Below, piece after piece: positions 1 through 12,501 of a stretch of 64,000 nt of DNA (positions are counted from its first letter, which is position 1; the number at the start of each line of letters is the position of its first letter). The stretch is from Anthoceros angustus (Eukaryota; Plantae; Anthocerotophyta). The stretch spans positions 1,116,001-1,180,000 of the forward strand of contig MU008173.1 in NCBI GenBank assembly GCA_010909165.1, read 5' to 3'. Made by a program: the position numbers and the translations under genes. The notes under the pieces were generated by a model that had not been told where the DNA came from, did no database searches, and saw only the letters and a program-made list of their open reading frames with translations.

Positions 1-1220
1 TTGAGCAAAGCAAATGGCAAACATATTTCATTCCTTCCATGACATGACAATGCGACGAGATCGAATGATAGTAATGCATGGTGTGGAAGAGCGCATATTG
101 TCGTGGAGAGTATGAGGAAGTGGTGTGCGGTGGAGGCATGGTCTCATTTGTTTGGGACAAAACTAATATGCACAATGACCAAGGAGGCTTTGACACATGG
201 AGTACATCAACGTGGGGTGGGGTGTGACCGCACGAGCAAGAAGACAAAGGTGTCCATGTCAATACCTTGCAGGCTCTTTCAATAATGGGCGGCGGTTATT
301 GCACACGACGTGGTGAAGAAGTTATTATACATGTCGGACAAGCTGGTTGTTTCCGTATCGAGGCCACGGGTCTAATGATGAAGTTGATCAAGAACTTCTC
401 CAGAAGGAGATTGGATATTAGATGCATGTGCGGTGGAACAACGACATTAGCGGCACTCCTTTGTGGCGAAATTGCATTCTTGTGGAGGTTGACAAAGCGC
501 GTGAGTTCATTCCAAAGGATTCATGGCTATGAAGTTTTACCGGACGCAGAGGAGGAGTTGACCCATGAGCCACACCGCCGAGGCCCCACCCAGTCGGGCA
601 AAAGAATTGAGCTTGTCCGAGAAGGATGCATCCCGAGCCCGTAGTCCCACTTGGGTTGAGCGGGATGAAAGATCTTATAGATGATCGCCAAGAAACCCTG
701 CATTGTGGCATCCGACTATTTGGAGAAGAGCAAGGAGGATGCGGTCGATATCGCCGGAAATGCTATGGTCGAAAACGACAATTTCGAGGATCCCGAGGAT
801 GCTCGACTCCGAAGGACGGAAGTTGTGTTAGATAGCGTGTCGGGACAATGCCCTCCGAAGCCACAGTCTCAAGCCGAGAATCCCCCTCAGTAGGGAAGTG
901 AGTCTAGTTTAGTTTTGAAAGTACCATAACCTGCATGGTTAGAACTAAGGCAGGCCGCATGCCTGCTCTCCTTCTTTAACTATGAGTGACATTGTTATTC
1001 GTTTTGTCAAGGATGACTTCTGACTGCAAATATCCGTAGAGCTCGTTTCACACCTATAAGACATTCGTGCAATCACGAGAGGTCCGAATGCACCAACATA
1101 CCCACATTCGTGTGAAAGCACCACAAAACGGGATGCAAACCAAGCACTAAACTTGCGACTCTGGATGGGGAACCCGAATTTGGTCCCGGGTTTTCGAAAG
1201 CGGGTTCGTATATTCCGCCG

Positions 1221-1271
1221 GTTCAAATATTATGGTGTTTTGTGTGGTTCAAATATTATGGTGTTTTGTGT
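1221..1271. repeat. 26-bp tandem duplication (2 copies)
   Basis: GTTCAAATATTATGGTGTTTTGTGT occurs at 1221 and again at 1247. Confidence 0.8.
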
Positions 1272-1597
1272 ACATAGCACTATGGAGTCCACCATCTCCT
1301 CCGTTCTAAAAATATTCATTCCAATGTGGGATAGCCAGGCTTCAGCAAATATCCTCTTAGTGGGGGCAACTCCTATTTAGAGAAAGCTGCTACCACCTCG
1401 GTTCCTGCACACGCCACATCTCATTCATGCTAGACAAAGGAAGATACCTTCCGCTACCATCCAGGGACTGCTGTGCACTGATCAAGTCTCCAGAGCACCA
1501 CCTACAAGCTTAAGGAACTGCACAATTGTTGGTCGTGTGGCATACCACGTAACGCTCTTGTGTGGGTGGTGTCTGAAAGAAACATCTCGCCCGCAGA

Positions 1598-4039
1598 ATG
1601 GATCGGAACTGCGTTCAACTTGGCATCCCCGGAGCGGATGTGTGGGTGGCACTAGCATTGGGCATACCCCTGCTTCTCTTGGCCATTATTTTCTTCCACT
1701 CTCGATCGCTGCAGCTGCAGGTGAGCGGAAAATCCAGGAAAGGGGTACCGTTGTCGGCCCCTGCACGAGGCAGATTTTGGCAGCTGCCTGTGCTTGGGGA
1801 GACTTTACAATTGCTGCTGGCCACCTCTCCCGACAGCTTTATGCTGCCTCGCATCAAGCAGTGAGAGTCACCACACTAAGCTCCACAGTAGCCTCATTTC
1901 AGAACATGGAGTTGCAAGCTTGCCTGCACAACCTTGTGCTCGGGACGCGGAACATCGCTCCAGCGGCAGAACATTGTTATGCTGGGCCCATGAGGTTTTG
2001 TGTGTTGCTTGTGCAGTTACGGGCCCATTTTCCGTTCGCACCTGCTGGGCAATCCTATGGTCTGCGTCACCACGCCAGAGGCAATCAAATTTGTGCTCCA
2101 GTCTCCGACGCTCTTCAAAGCCACCGTTTCCAAGCTCCTCGAAAGGCTGTTCGGAGAGTACGCCACTCTGCGGCTTGAAGGAGACACGCACGCGCTCTAC
2201 CGAAGGGTGTTGCAAGTCCCTCTCACTCCCGAGTCCCTCAAGCAAATCGTGTGGAGGGTTGACGACGTTGCCAAATGGTGCTTCCAAGCTTGGGGCGTTC
2301 CCGACAGATCACCATCGTCTGTGCCAGTGGTGGTCAACACCGTGGAAACGGCTAAAAAGGTGAGACTGTCAATCTGTTGAAGGCGGAGGAGCCTGGAGGA
2401 GGATCATCAATAGCAGGCTAGGATCGGTTACGGGGAATCCGGTTTGCTTGCTTGCAGTTTACGTGGCACACTGTTTTGCAACTGGTGTGCGACAGTATAG
2501 CACATGGTCCTGCCACAGAGGAGCTTCTTGCCAACTTCATAACGCTGGAGAAGGGTTTGACCGGCACCAAGTTCCCCTTTGATTTGCCAGGGACTGTCTT
2601 CAGCCGAGCTCTCAAGGTACTAATAGACCTGTGCAACACAATCATGTGCCGAGCCCTCCCTTGGAGCCGACAGTTGGATGTCGAGACGCAGGGCAATGGT
2701 GTTCACTGGAATGATTTTGTGGCCGACTCTTTCATGAACCCATGGACTTGCAGGCACGGAAGGAGCTTATCACCTTTTTCGCCTGCTTGATGGAAGAAAG
2801 GCGGGCTGAGAAGGGATCAGTACATCATGAGGACATCCTTGATTCCTTTCTCAACTCCGCATCCGGGGGCGTCAGCGATGTTCCGATGCTGGACAACATC
2901 ATTTTTTTCTTGTTCGCAGGCTCCGACACCTCGACATCTGCCATCAGCTGGGTCATTTATAATCTCTGCTTGTATCCTAGCATCTTCCAAGAGGTTAAGG
3001 TAAACCCTTCAAGATAAGGGCTCCACCTGGGGGTCATCATCTTGTATCAGGTTCCTCTGAATCTACTCCATCGTCTTACACTTCCCACGGACCATGTGCA
3101 GGCCGAGAACGATGCGGTTGCACAGAAGCGCAAATCTAGAGATGACCCTGTCACATGGGATGACTTGAAGCAGCTGCCCGTAACCATGCGTGTGAGTTTA
3201 CAAATGATCCCTTCTCCAGGCCTAGGCCTGTGTCCACACTCCTAAATTCCTTCCACCATGTGTCTGCTGGCTGGAGTGATAACGATCGATCTCGGCCATC
3301 ACCTTCAGGTGCTGCAGGAGTGCCTCAGAACCGCCAACGTCGCTCCTTTCATCCTCAGGGAGGCAACTGAGGATGTCGTGTACAACGGTAGGCCATTGCC
3401 GTCCTCAAAATCAAACCCTCCCACCATCGTTTACAGAGTCCTGCAATGCCGCGCTCGTGGCCACAGGGTTGCACAGGATGAACATTTTGCTGACTGACTG
3501 TGCAGGAACACTCATTCCGAAAGGATGGCAGGTGGCCACCTGGTTCCGTTATTTCCATCTGGACTCCAAGCTCTTCCCGGATCCCCTCAAGTTCGATCCC
3601 GACCGGTTCAAGGTAAGCGCACTTCAGTTGGACACGTTCGCTTACAATGCTTGAGCAAGTTCACGCCTGCAGTGCTCAAGAAGCTCCCAGCTGGCTTGAA
3701 CGAGTTCATGGTTCAACGCAGACCCCGCCCAAGGCCAACACCTTCACCCCTTTCGGAAACGGCCCGAGAGCATGCCCGGGGAGTGAGATGGCCAGGGTAC
3801 AGGCTCTGGTATTCGTGCATCGCTTCATCGTGAGCTTTGAGTAAGTCCTTCCCCTGGATGAGTTCTTCAGAGTGAATCATGTGAAGGTGGATGCATCAAG
3901 TGCCCTCACCTCCTCCGTTCGCGCGTTGTGTAGCTTTGAAGCTGCGGTGCCGGATGACAAGGGAGCCCACCGGATCCATTGGCTGTTTCCACACGCTCCA
4001 TTCGGAGCGCCCATCAAAGTTTCAAGGAGGGTCGCGTGA
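1598..4039 (+). CDS. Cytochrome P450, CYP85 clan, CYP707A-like; multi-exon, apparently intact
   Basis: Spliced GT-AG exons give a TM anchor, LPVLGETL, YGPIFRSHLLGNP, I-helix FAGSDTSTS, ExxR (ECLR), TLIPKGWQV, FDPDRF and heme motif FGNGPRACPG. The inferred last exon 3935-4039 ends HWLFPHAPFGAPIKVSRRVA*. The motifs resemble CYP707A as I recall them; the exact family is not established. Confidence 0.85.
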
Positions 4040-4149
4040 GGAGTCCAAGTTACGAGTGCTTAAGACAGAACCGCACTTTTCCCGATTTCAAAAACAACTC
4101 CGCAGTCCAGTACCGGACTCTCTGTTTCTCTCTAGCATTGTGGAAAGAC

Positions 4150-6626
4150 ACTTCACACCTATGAGGAGATTGGTAACGGTGCCTTGGAATTTCTGAGCGT
4201 TGCTGACTGGAGCACAAATTTGTTTGCCTCTGCCGTGGAGACGCAGACGGTAGGATTTTCCAGCAGGTGCGTACGAAAACCAGGGCCCGTAGCTGAGGGC
4301 CAAGGAACAGGCAGAAGTAATAACTGGTGGAACATCAGAACTTTCGGCTGCTGAAGAGAGTTGAACTCACACGAAGGAGAAGGGGTCATAAGAAGGAGCG
4401 GTCGTATGAACTCACACGCATGGTTACAGGTGACAGGGTCATCTCTAGACTTGCGCTTAGAAACTGCGCAACCGCATCATTCTCGGCCTGCAAATGCACA
4501 TGGCCCCTTGGAAACTTGTATGAGATGATGGAGTAAGTTCTCAAAGGTAATTGTATTCCAAGATGAGGACGCCTGGACGGGGTACACTTAAACCGGTCGG
4601 GATCGAATTTGAGAGGATCCGGGAAGAGCTTGGGGTCCAGATGGACATAACGGAACCAGGTGGCCACCTGCCATCCTTTCGGAATGAGTGTTCCTGCACC
4701 AGTCACTCGCAAAGTGTTCATCCTGTGCAACTCTGCGGCCACGAGTGCGGCATTGCAGTCGTCAAACATCCTACTGGGAGGGTGCTGGAAGACGGCAATG
4801 GCATACCGTTGTACATGACATCCTCAGCTGCCTTTCTGAAGACGAAAGGAACGACGTTTGCAGTTCTCAGGCTCTTCTGCAGCACCTGAAGATGATGGAG
4901 GATATCGTTATCACTCCAGCCATCATACACGTGGTGGAAATAATTCAGGATGGAGATGTCACACACGCCGGGAGAAGGGATCATTTGTAAACTCACATGC
5001 ATGTTACGGGCAGCTGCTTCAACTCATCCCAGGTGACAGGATCCTCTCTAGATTTGCGCTTCTGGGCAACTGCATCTTTCTCGGCCTGCAAACGCACATG
5101 GTCCCTTGGAAGCATGAGGTGATGGAGAAAATGCAGAGGAAACTGTTCCGAGATGATCACGCCTGGAGCCTATATCTTGAACTTAAGAATGCAGAGGAAA
5201 CTGTTCCGAGATGATCACGCCTGGAGCCTATATCTTGAACTTAAGGTTGACCTTGACCTCTTGGAGGATGCTAAGATACAAGCAGAGATTGTAAATGACC
5301 CAGCTGATCGCAGATGTTGTGGTATCGGAGCCTGCGAGCAAGACGAAGATGATGTTGCCCAGCATCTGAGTGTCGGTGAGGCCCCCGAAGTTGAGAAAGG
5401 AATCAAGGACGTCCCCGTGATGCACTGATCCCTTCTCAGCCCGCCTTTCTTCCAGCAAGCGGGCGTAGAAGCTGATAAGCTTCTTTCGTGCCTGCATTGA
5501 AATCCTTGGATTCATGACAGGGTTGGGCACAAAATCATTCCAGAAAACATCAATCCCCGGCGTCCTCCACAACCAACTGTAGGCTGGAAGGTAGGGATCC
5601 ATGGTAAGAAGACAGTCCCCGGCAAATCGAAGGGGAACTTGGTGCCGGTTATGCCCTTCTCCACCAAAGTAAAGTTGGCAAGAAGCTCCTCTGTGGCAGG
5701 ATCCTGTGCTAGACTGTCGCTCACGATGGGCAACATAGTGTGCCAGGTAAGCTGCCAACAAGCAAACCCGGTGCTGATTCCCCGTAACCGATCGTAAGCA
5801 GTCGTCCGCCTCCAGGCTCCTCCGCCTTCAAGAGATTGAGAGTCTCACCTCTTTAGCCGTTTCCCGGGTGTCCACCACCACTGGCACAGACGACGGCGAA
5901 TGGGATGTGTCGGGAACGCCCCAAGTTTGGGAGCACCACTTGGCAACGTCGTCAACCCTCCACACGATCTGCTTGAGGGACTCGGGAGTGAGAGGGGCTT
6001 GGAACACCCTTCGGTAGATGGTGTGTGTGTTTCCCTCCAGCTGGAAGATCTAGAGTGACCTGCTCTCCGAGCACCTTTAGGTGGAGATCGGTAACGGTGC
6101 CTATGAAAAGCTTGGGGGACTGGAGCACAAATTTGATCGACTCTGGCGTGGTTACGAGGACGGTAGGATTCCCAATCAGGTGCGTGCGGAAAATGGGCCC
6201 GTACCTGCACAAGCATCAGCCTGAAGTCATGGGCCCAACGTCGGAATAATGCGCTTGGAAGCCACCCTCTGAGGAAGAGAGTTGGGTAGTGTGCACCATG
6301 CAAGCACGCCTGCAACGATCCCCCCCAAAAAGAAAAGGTTTGACGCTAAAACGTGGAGGTCGGTGGCCTCACCGATTGATGCGAGGCAGCATACAGCTGT
6401 CAGGAGAGGTAGCCCCCAGTAATTGTAAAGTCTCCCCAAGCACGGGCAGCTGCAGAAGCTGCCTCGTGCAGGGGCCGACACCCCTTTCCTGGATTTTCCG
6501 CTCACCTGCAGCTGCAGCGATCGGGAGTGGAAGAAAACCAAGGAAAAGAAGCAGGGGCGTGGCCAATGCCAGTGTCACCCACACATCCGCTCCGGGAATT
6601 CCAACTTCAACCCACTTCCCATCCAT
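4150..6626 (-). pseudogene. Inverted, rearranged copy of the P450 lacking the heme-binding exon
   Basis: Starts MDGKWVEVGIPGADVWV (paralogous to 1598) with frameshifts. After the FDPDRFK exon the minus strand repeats the AENDAVAQ exon (about 4540-4400) and then an exon-2 fragment (about 4310-4150). No FGNG..C exon is present. Its upstream region (about 6700-6900) is homologous to about 1430-1510. Confidence 0.75.
5130..5245. repeat. 58-bp perfect tandem duplication in an intron of P450 copy 2
   Basis: AATGCAGAGG...GAACTTAAG begins at 5130 and at 5188. Confidence 0.85.
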
Positions 6627-7304
6627 TCTGCAAGTAGGATGTTCGGTCAGACTCCAGCCAGCCCTTTGGAACTTTCACACTCGACATGCATGCATACGCG
6701 TTACCTGATGAATGAAGCTTGTAGGAGTCGAGGACCTCTGTAAAAGTCTCTCAAAGGATTGCTCCGTTTGAACAGAAATAAATCTAGATATACACCACAA
6801 ACGTTTGCAGAAGTTCCTTGTAGTGTGCTACGGAGTCTTTGGAGGAGTTCTCTCCGGTCCTTGGATGGTAGCGGAAGGTATCTTCCTCTGCCTATATAGG
6901 TAAGATGCGATCCTTGTGCAGCTGCAGTGCCTTTCACAGACCTGTAAGGGCGTCTCGCATGAACCCGACCGACCGGAGACCGGAGCCCAGGTCGGCTACA
7001 GGACGGAACTGAAAACTGGTTTGGCCGTTCTAGGGTTCAAAATGGTGGGCGTCCTAGCGTCGCGCATGCGGAGCCCGGTCTTGTTTTAAGTGGTGCTTGT
7101 TGAACTCCGGGTCGCGGATTGATCGCACTGTAGCCAGCGCTTGGCCGGCGCTATCCGTTACACCATCGCTTGCGGATTGTGAAGCGGGCTTGGGAAGACC
7201 CAAACTCACAAACAACGTGTGTGAACTGCATCATGCAGAGTGCAACGTCTAATATGCACGTAAAAGCTGCTCGAAGAGCACAACACTCTGCCGTATGCAT
7301 CTAC

Positions 7305-8262
7305 GCACGGGTGTTCCAAGCCCCTCTCACTCCCTAGTCCCTCAAGCAGATCGTGTGGAGGCTTGACGACGTTGCCAAACGGGTGCTTTCAAGCTTGGGG
7401 CGTTCCCGTTCCCGTTCCCGACACATCCGATTCGCCATCGTCTGTGCCAGTGGCTGTCAACACCCGGGAAACGGTTGAAGGCGGAGGATCCTGGAGGAGG
7501 ACGATTGCTTACGATCGGTTGCGGGGAATCCCGACCGGGTTTCCCTGTTGGCACTTTACCTGGTACACTAGTTTGCAACTCGTGAGCGAACGTACACAAC
7601 AGGGTCCTGCCACAGCACAGAGGAGCTTTTTGCCAACTTTCTTACGTTCGACCCTGCCACCCATGGGATGACTTGAAGCAGCTGCCCGTAACCATGCGTG
7701 TGAGTTCACAGATGATCCCGTTCTCCAGGCCTCTATTCTCACTCCTTAGTTATTTCCACCATGCTCCACGTGTCTGATGGCTGGAGTGATGACGATCGAT
7801 CTTCAGATGCTGCAGGAGAGCCTAAGAACTGCCAACGTCGCTCCTTTCGTCAACAGAGAGACAGCTGAGGATGTCGTGTACAACGGCATGCCATTGTCGT
7901 CTTCCAATCCCCTCCCAGAATCTTTTACGACTGCAATGCCGCGGTCGTGGCCGCAGAGTTACGGAATGAACACTTTGCGAGTAACTGGTGCAGGAACACT
8001 CATTCCCAAAGGATGGCAGGTGGCCACCTGGTTCCGTTATTTCCATATGGACTCCAAGCTCTTTCCGGATCCTCCGACCAGTTCAAGGTAAGCCCACCTC
8101 AGTCGGAAACCAAACCTTCGCCACCAAATCGTTGCAACGCAGACCCCGCCCAAGGCCAACACCTTCACCCCTTTTGGAAATGGGCCGAGAGCATGCCCGG
8201 AGGGTGAGATGGCCAGGCTACAGGTTCTGGTTCACGTGCATCGCTTGATTGCGACCCTCGAG
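7305..8262 (+). pseudogene. Third, internally deleted P450 copy
   Basis: Contiguous remnants of exon 2, exon 3, the ESLRTANVAPF exon, TLIPKGWQVATWFRY and a heme exon (FGNGPRAC). The N-terminus and I-helix exon are absent and there are frameshifts. Confidence 0.75.
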
Positions 8263-8710
8263 TAAGTCCTTCCCCTGGATCCGGTCTTCGGAGCGAAGTC
8301 TGTGAAGAAGGATGCATCCATCTTGCCGCAAGCCCTACTATTCTGTCCAACCGTCGACTGGAGCCAGCCTCAGGAATGAGAACCGGTACTTCCACAGGCA
8401 TTCAGAAAGCAGCATCTGAAGTTCTTTCTAGGGAACTTCTTTTTCCTTTCGAGAACATTTACGAAAAACGCGAAGGGAACCGCTGGAGACGCTGGGGTCT
8501 CAAACGCAAGCTTATCACTAAAACACAGAAGTCGACATCAAAGGTGAAGACGGGGTGGGTATAGGTCGGATGACAGGTCTGGGTCATAGGTATAGTTGTC
8601 GGGTCACAGGTCTGGGTTTCACTCCATGCAGAATCCACGCACAGGTCTCTGCAAAATACGGCAACATCATTGTCAAGCTAGCGTTTGAGAGAAGAGACCC
8701 AGGTATGCAG

Positions 8711-11700
8711 TTTCCAATCAACGACCTGAGAGCACTAGGAGTGGTCCGTGACAAGAACTAAGCTTACCAATTTTCTCTCGCCGGAGAGCTACAAAACTGC
8801 ATAACTGCAAGGTGAAGAAGCAAAATCTATTAGGTTGAGAGGCGGGGACACGAACCTAGCAACTAGTTGAGAAACAAGGTTAGTGATCAACCTGCTTAAT
8901 GCGAGTCCCACATCTTTGCGAAGAGACCTGGTGCAGGTTCCCTTCGAGGAAACAACGTGTTTCTAGTAACCATCCAGTTTACAAAACACAAACGCAGGAA
9001 ACACCAGCATCACGCTGAGCTTAGAAAATTGGGGTCTCTCAGGCATGAGATGTCATAAAACAGCTCGTACGACCTGTTTCGCATGCTTTTGGTCAGACGG
9101 AACTCCGAGATTGTTATCATCCTTGGAGGCATGTCCAATTCCTCTCCCCTCCTGGCTTTTCCATACAGCGTCTCCTTTCACCTGACAGCCACATAAATCC
9201 TCTTTGAATTTTGCATCGTAAAAGATCTGGCCAGAATAAGGGCAACCAAAAGATGGTTTACCTTAATGCCAAGTACATAGGTGGAACTTGAAAGCTCTCT
9301 CCTAAGATTTTCTTTGCTGCTACTCCTAAGTCGAAGTCTTGTATGTGCTCCCATGGTAGCCTGTTGGTAACCTGGACAGCCAGACTGTTCGGAACCATCA
9401 GAGCTCGGAATAATTGACTGGTACAGTTTGCAATCTTGAATCTCGTGGAATGGTCAGCAACTACCTTGATATCAGCAACTGCTGAGGGTGTCTGCTCTCC
9501 GAGGGGAAGGGTACCGCTGTTGGTTTTAGTCATGGCTTGAGGGTGTCAGACGCCGCATGATTCAGATTACCTCCCTTCACCCCACAAGCAATATTCTCAC
9601 GGTCGGCCCATACAACTGCAACAACCAGCTGCAAATCGATGCACACGGTGCCCATCCCTTACAACAATGTCTCTGTTCAAGCCTTGACATGATCTCCGTG
9701 GAACTGTGGCAGTCACTGCACATTCGTAGATTCTTCGTTACCACCAGAGGTGTCCCACTCGGAGTGTTCAAGAGACCAAACGCTAAAGCAAGTTTCTCAG
9801 CATGCCCACAAAGCAGACCTTCCTTTTCCTTCTCACACAGTGGCTTCAACACCAACTTTGTGTGAGGTACGTGGCCTCCTTCCTGCTTCAGACGCGCATT
9901 CGTGCTCTCTACCTTAAGCACAATATCCTCTCTCCTTTCTCCTACCACAAATCTATGTACCTCCTTATTCACCTCTATGGTCGCCACCGCAGGTTTCTTG
10001 TTAGCTCCTGCTACCCTTCTCTGTGTTTCAATCCTGTCTACATCGGTCCATCTGCCTGCATCTGCGTAGGCATTGGCCATTAGCACATAGGCGTGCGCCC
10101 GCTGGGGGTCCAGCCTAACAATGCTTTCAAAGCACCACATAGCCCTCTCTATATCCCCATGATTTCTGCAGGCATTCAGCAAAGAAGTCAACCCCACGAC
10201 ATCACTTTGGCCCTCATATGACAACAACATCTTCTCAGCTTCATCTAGATGGCCTGCACGCCCAAGAAGATCAATCATGCAATTGTAGTGCTCAAGAGTA
10301 GGTTTGATGCCATGCTCTTCAGCCATGGAATCAAAGTGCTTGAGACCCTCGTGGACCAGTCCCTCGTGACTGCATGCTACTAAAAGGCAAGTAAAAGTAG
10401 CATCATTAGGCTGAATACCGGCAACTAACATCTCCTCAAAACAAGCTAGTGCCTTGTGACCTTCATCACAAGTACCATACCCAGATATCAGGGCATTCCA
10501 TGTCACCACATCCTTTGTGTCATGCTGTCAAAACCTGGCGTGCATCTTCCAGTTCACCACATTTTGCATACATGTCCACCAGGCAGTTGCCAACACTACG
10601 TCATCCAGCAGTCCTCTTTCCAATCAACGACCTGAGAGCACTAGGAGTGGTCCGTGACAAGAACTAAGCTTACCAATTTTCTCTCGCCGGAGAGCTACAA
10701 AACTGCATAACTGCAAGGTGAAGAAGCAAAATCTATTAGGTTGAGAGGCGGGGACACGAACCTAGCAACTAGTTGAGAAACAAGGTTAGTGATCAACCTG
10801 CTTAATGCGAGTCCCACATCTTTGCGAAGAGACCTGGTGCAGGTTCCTTCGAGGAAACAACGTGTTTCTAGTAACCATCCAGTTTACAAAACACAAACGC
10901 AGGAAACACCAGCATCACGCTGAGCTTAGAAAATTGGGGTCTCTCAGGCATGAGATGTCATAAAACAGCTCGTACGACCTGTTTCGCATGCTTTTGGTCA
11001 GACGGAACTCCGAGATTGTTATCATCCTTGGAGGCATGTCCAATTCCTCTCCCCTCCTGGCTTTTCCATACAGCGTCTCCTTTCACCTGACAGCCACATA
11101 AATCCTCTTTGAATTTTGCATCGTAAAAGATCTGGCCAGAATAAGGGCAACCAAAAGATGGTTTACCTTAATGCCAAGTACATAGGTGGAACTTGAAAGC
11201 TCTCTCCTAAGATTTTCTTTGCTGCTACTCCTAAGTCGAAGTCTTGTATGTGCTCCCATGGTAGCCTGTTGGTAACCTGGACAGCCAGACTGTTCGGAAC
11301 CATCAGAGCTCGGAATAATTGACTGGTACAGTTTGCAATCTTGAATCTCGTGGAATGGTCAGCAACTACCTTGATATCAGCAACTGCTGAGGGTGTCTGC
11401 TCTCGAGGAAGGTACCGCTGTTGGTTTTAGTCATGGCTTGAGGGTGTCAGACGCCGCATGATTCAGATTACCTCCCTTCACCCCACAAGCAATATTCTCA
11501 CGGTCGGCCCATACAACTGCAACAACCAGCTGCAAATCGATGCACACGGTGCCCATCCCTTACAACAATGTCCCTCTGTTCAAGCCTTGACATGATCTCC
11601 GTGGAACTGTGGCAGTCACTGCACATGAGTAGATTCTTCGTTACCACCAGAGGAGTCCCACTCGGAGTGTTCAAGAGACCAAACGCCAGAGCTAGCTTCT

Positions 11701-12501
11701 CAGCATGCCCGCACAGTAGATCTTCCTTTTCCTTCTCACACAGTGGCTTCAACACCAACTTTGTGTGAGGTACGTGGCCTCCTTCCTGCCTCAGACGCGC
11801 ATTCGTGCTCTCTACCTTAAGCACAATATCCTCTCCTTTCTCCCACCACAAATCTATGTACCTCCTTATTCACCTCAATGGTCGCCACTGCAGGTTTCTT
11901 GTTAGCTCCTGCTACCCTTCTCTGTGTTTCAATCCTGTCTACATCGGTCCACCTACCTGCATCTGCGTAGGCATTGGCCATGAGCACATAGGCGCGCCCT
12001 GGGGTCCAGCCTAACAATGCTTTCAAAACACCACATCGCCCTCTCTATATCCCCGTGACTTTTGCAGGCATTCAACAAAGTCAACCCACAACATCACTTT
12101 GGCCCTCATATGACAACATCTTCTCTGTCTAAATGGCCTGCACGCCCAAGAAGATCAATCATGCAATTGTAATGCTCAAGAGTAGGTTTGATGCCATGCT
12201 GTTCAGCCATGGAATCAAAGTGCTTGACCCTCGTGGACCAGTCCTCATGACTGCATGCTACTAAAAGGCAAGTAAAAGTAGCATCATTAGGCTGAATACC
12301 GGCAACTAACATCTCCTCAAAACAAGCTAGTGCCTTGTGACCTTCATCACAAGTACCATACCCAGATATCAGGGCGTCCATGTCATCCTTTGTGTTCATG
12401 CTGTCAAAAACCTGGCGTGCATCTTCCAGTTCACCACATTTTGCATACATGTCCACCAGGCAGGTGCCCACACTACGTCATCCAGCAGTCCTCTTCCAAT
12501 C
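8711..12501. repeat. About 1.9-kb tandem duplication (unit starts at 8711 and 10617)
   Basis: TTTCCAATCAACGACCTGAG begins at both 8711 and 10617. The second unit ends at TTCCAATC near 12494-12501, giving junction microhomology TTCCAATC. Confidence 0.85.
9597..10616 (-). pseudogene. 5'-truncated PPR-E-DYW:KP (GRP-type) copy
   Basis: ORF 9577..10509 encodes P2-L2-S2, E domains, KKPAVATIEV, HAEKLA and CSDCH. A 2-bp deletion near 9670 shifts it off the ...CSCMGRP* ending. There is no start or N-terminus because it begins at the duplication junction. Confidence 0.8.

Noticed and set aside
1-900. Short ORFs on both strands, possible TE remnant
   Set aside because: No recognisable RT, RNase H, integrase or transposase motif in any frame I examined.
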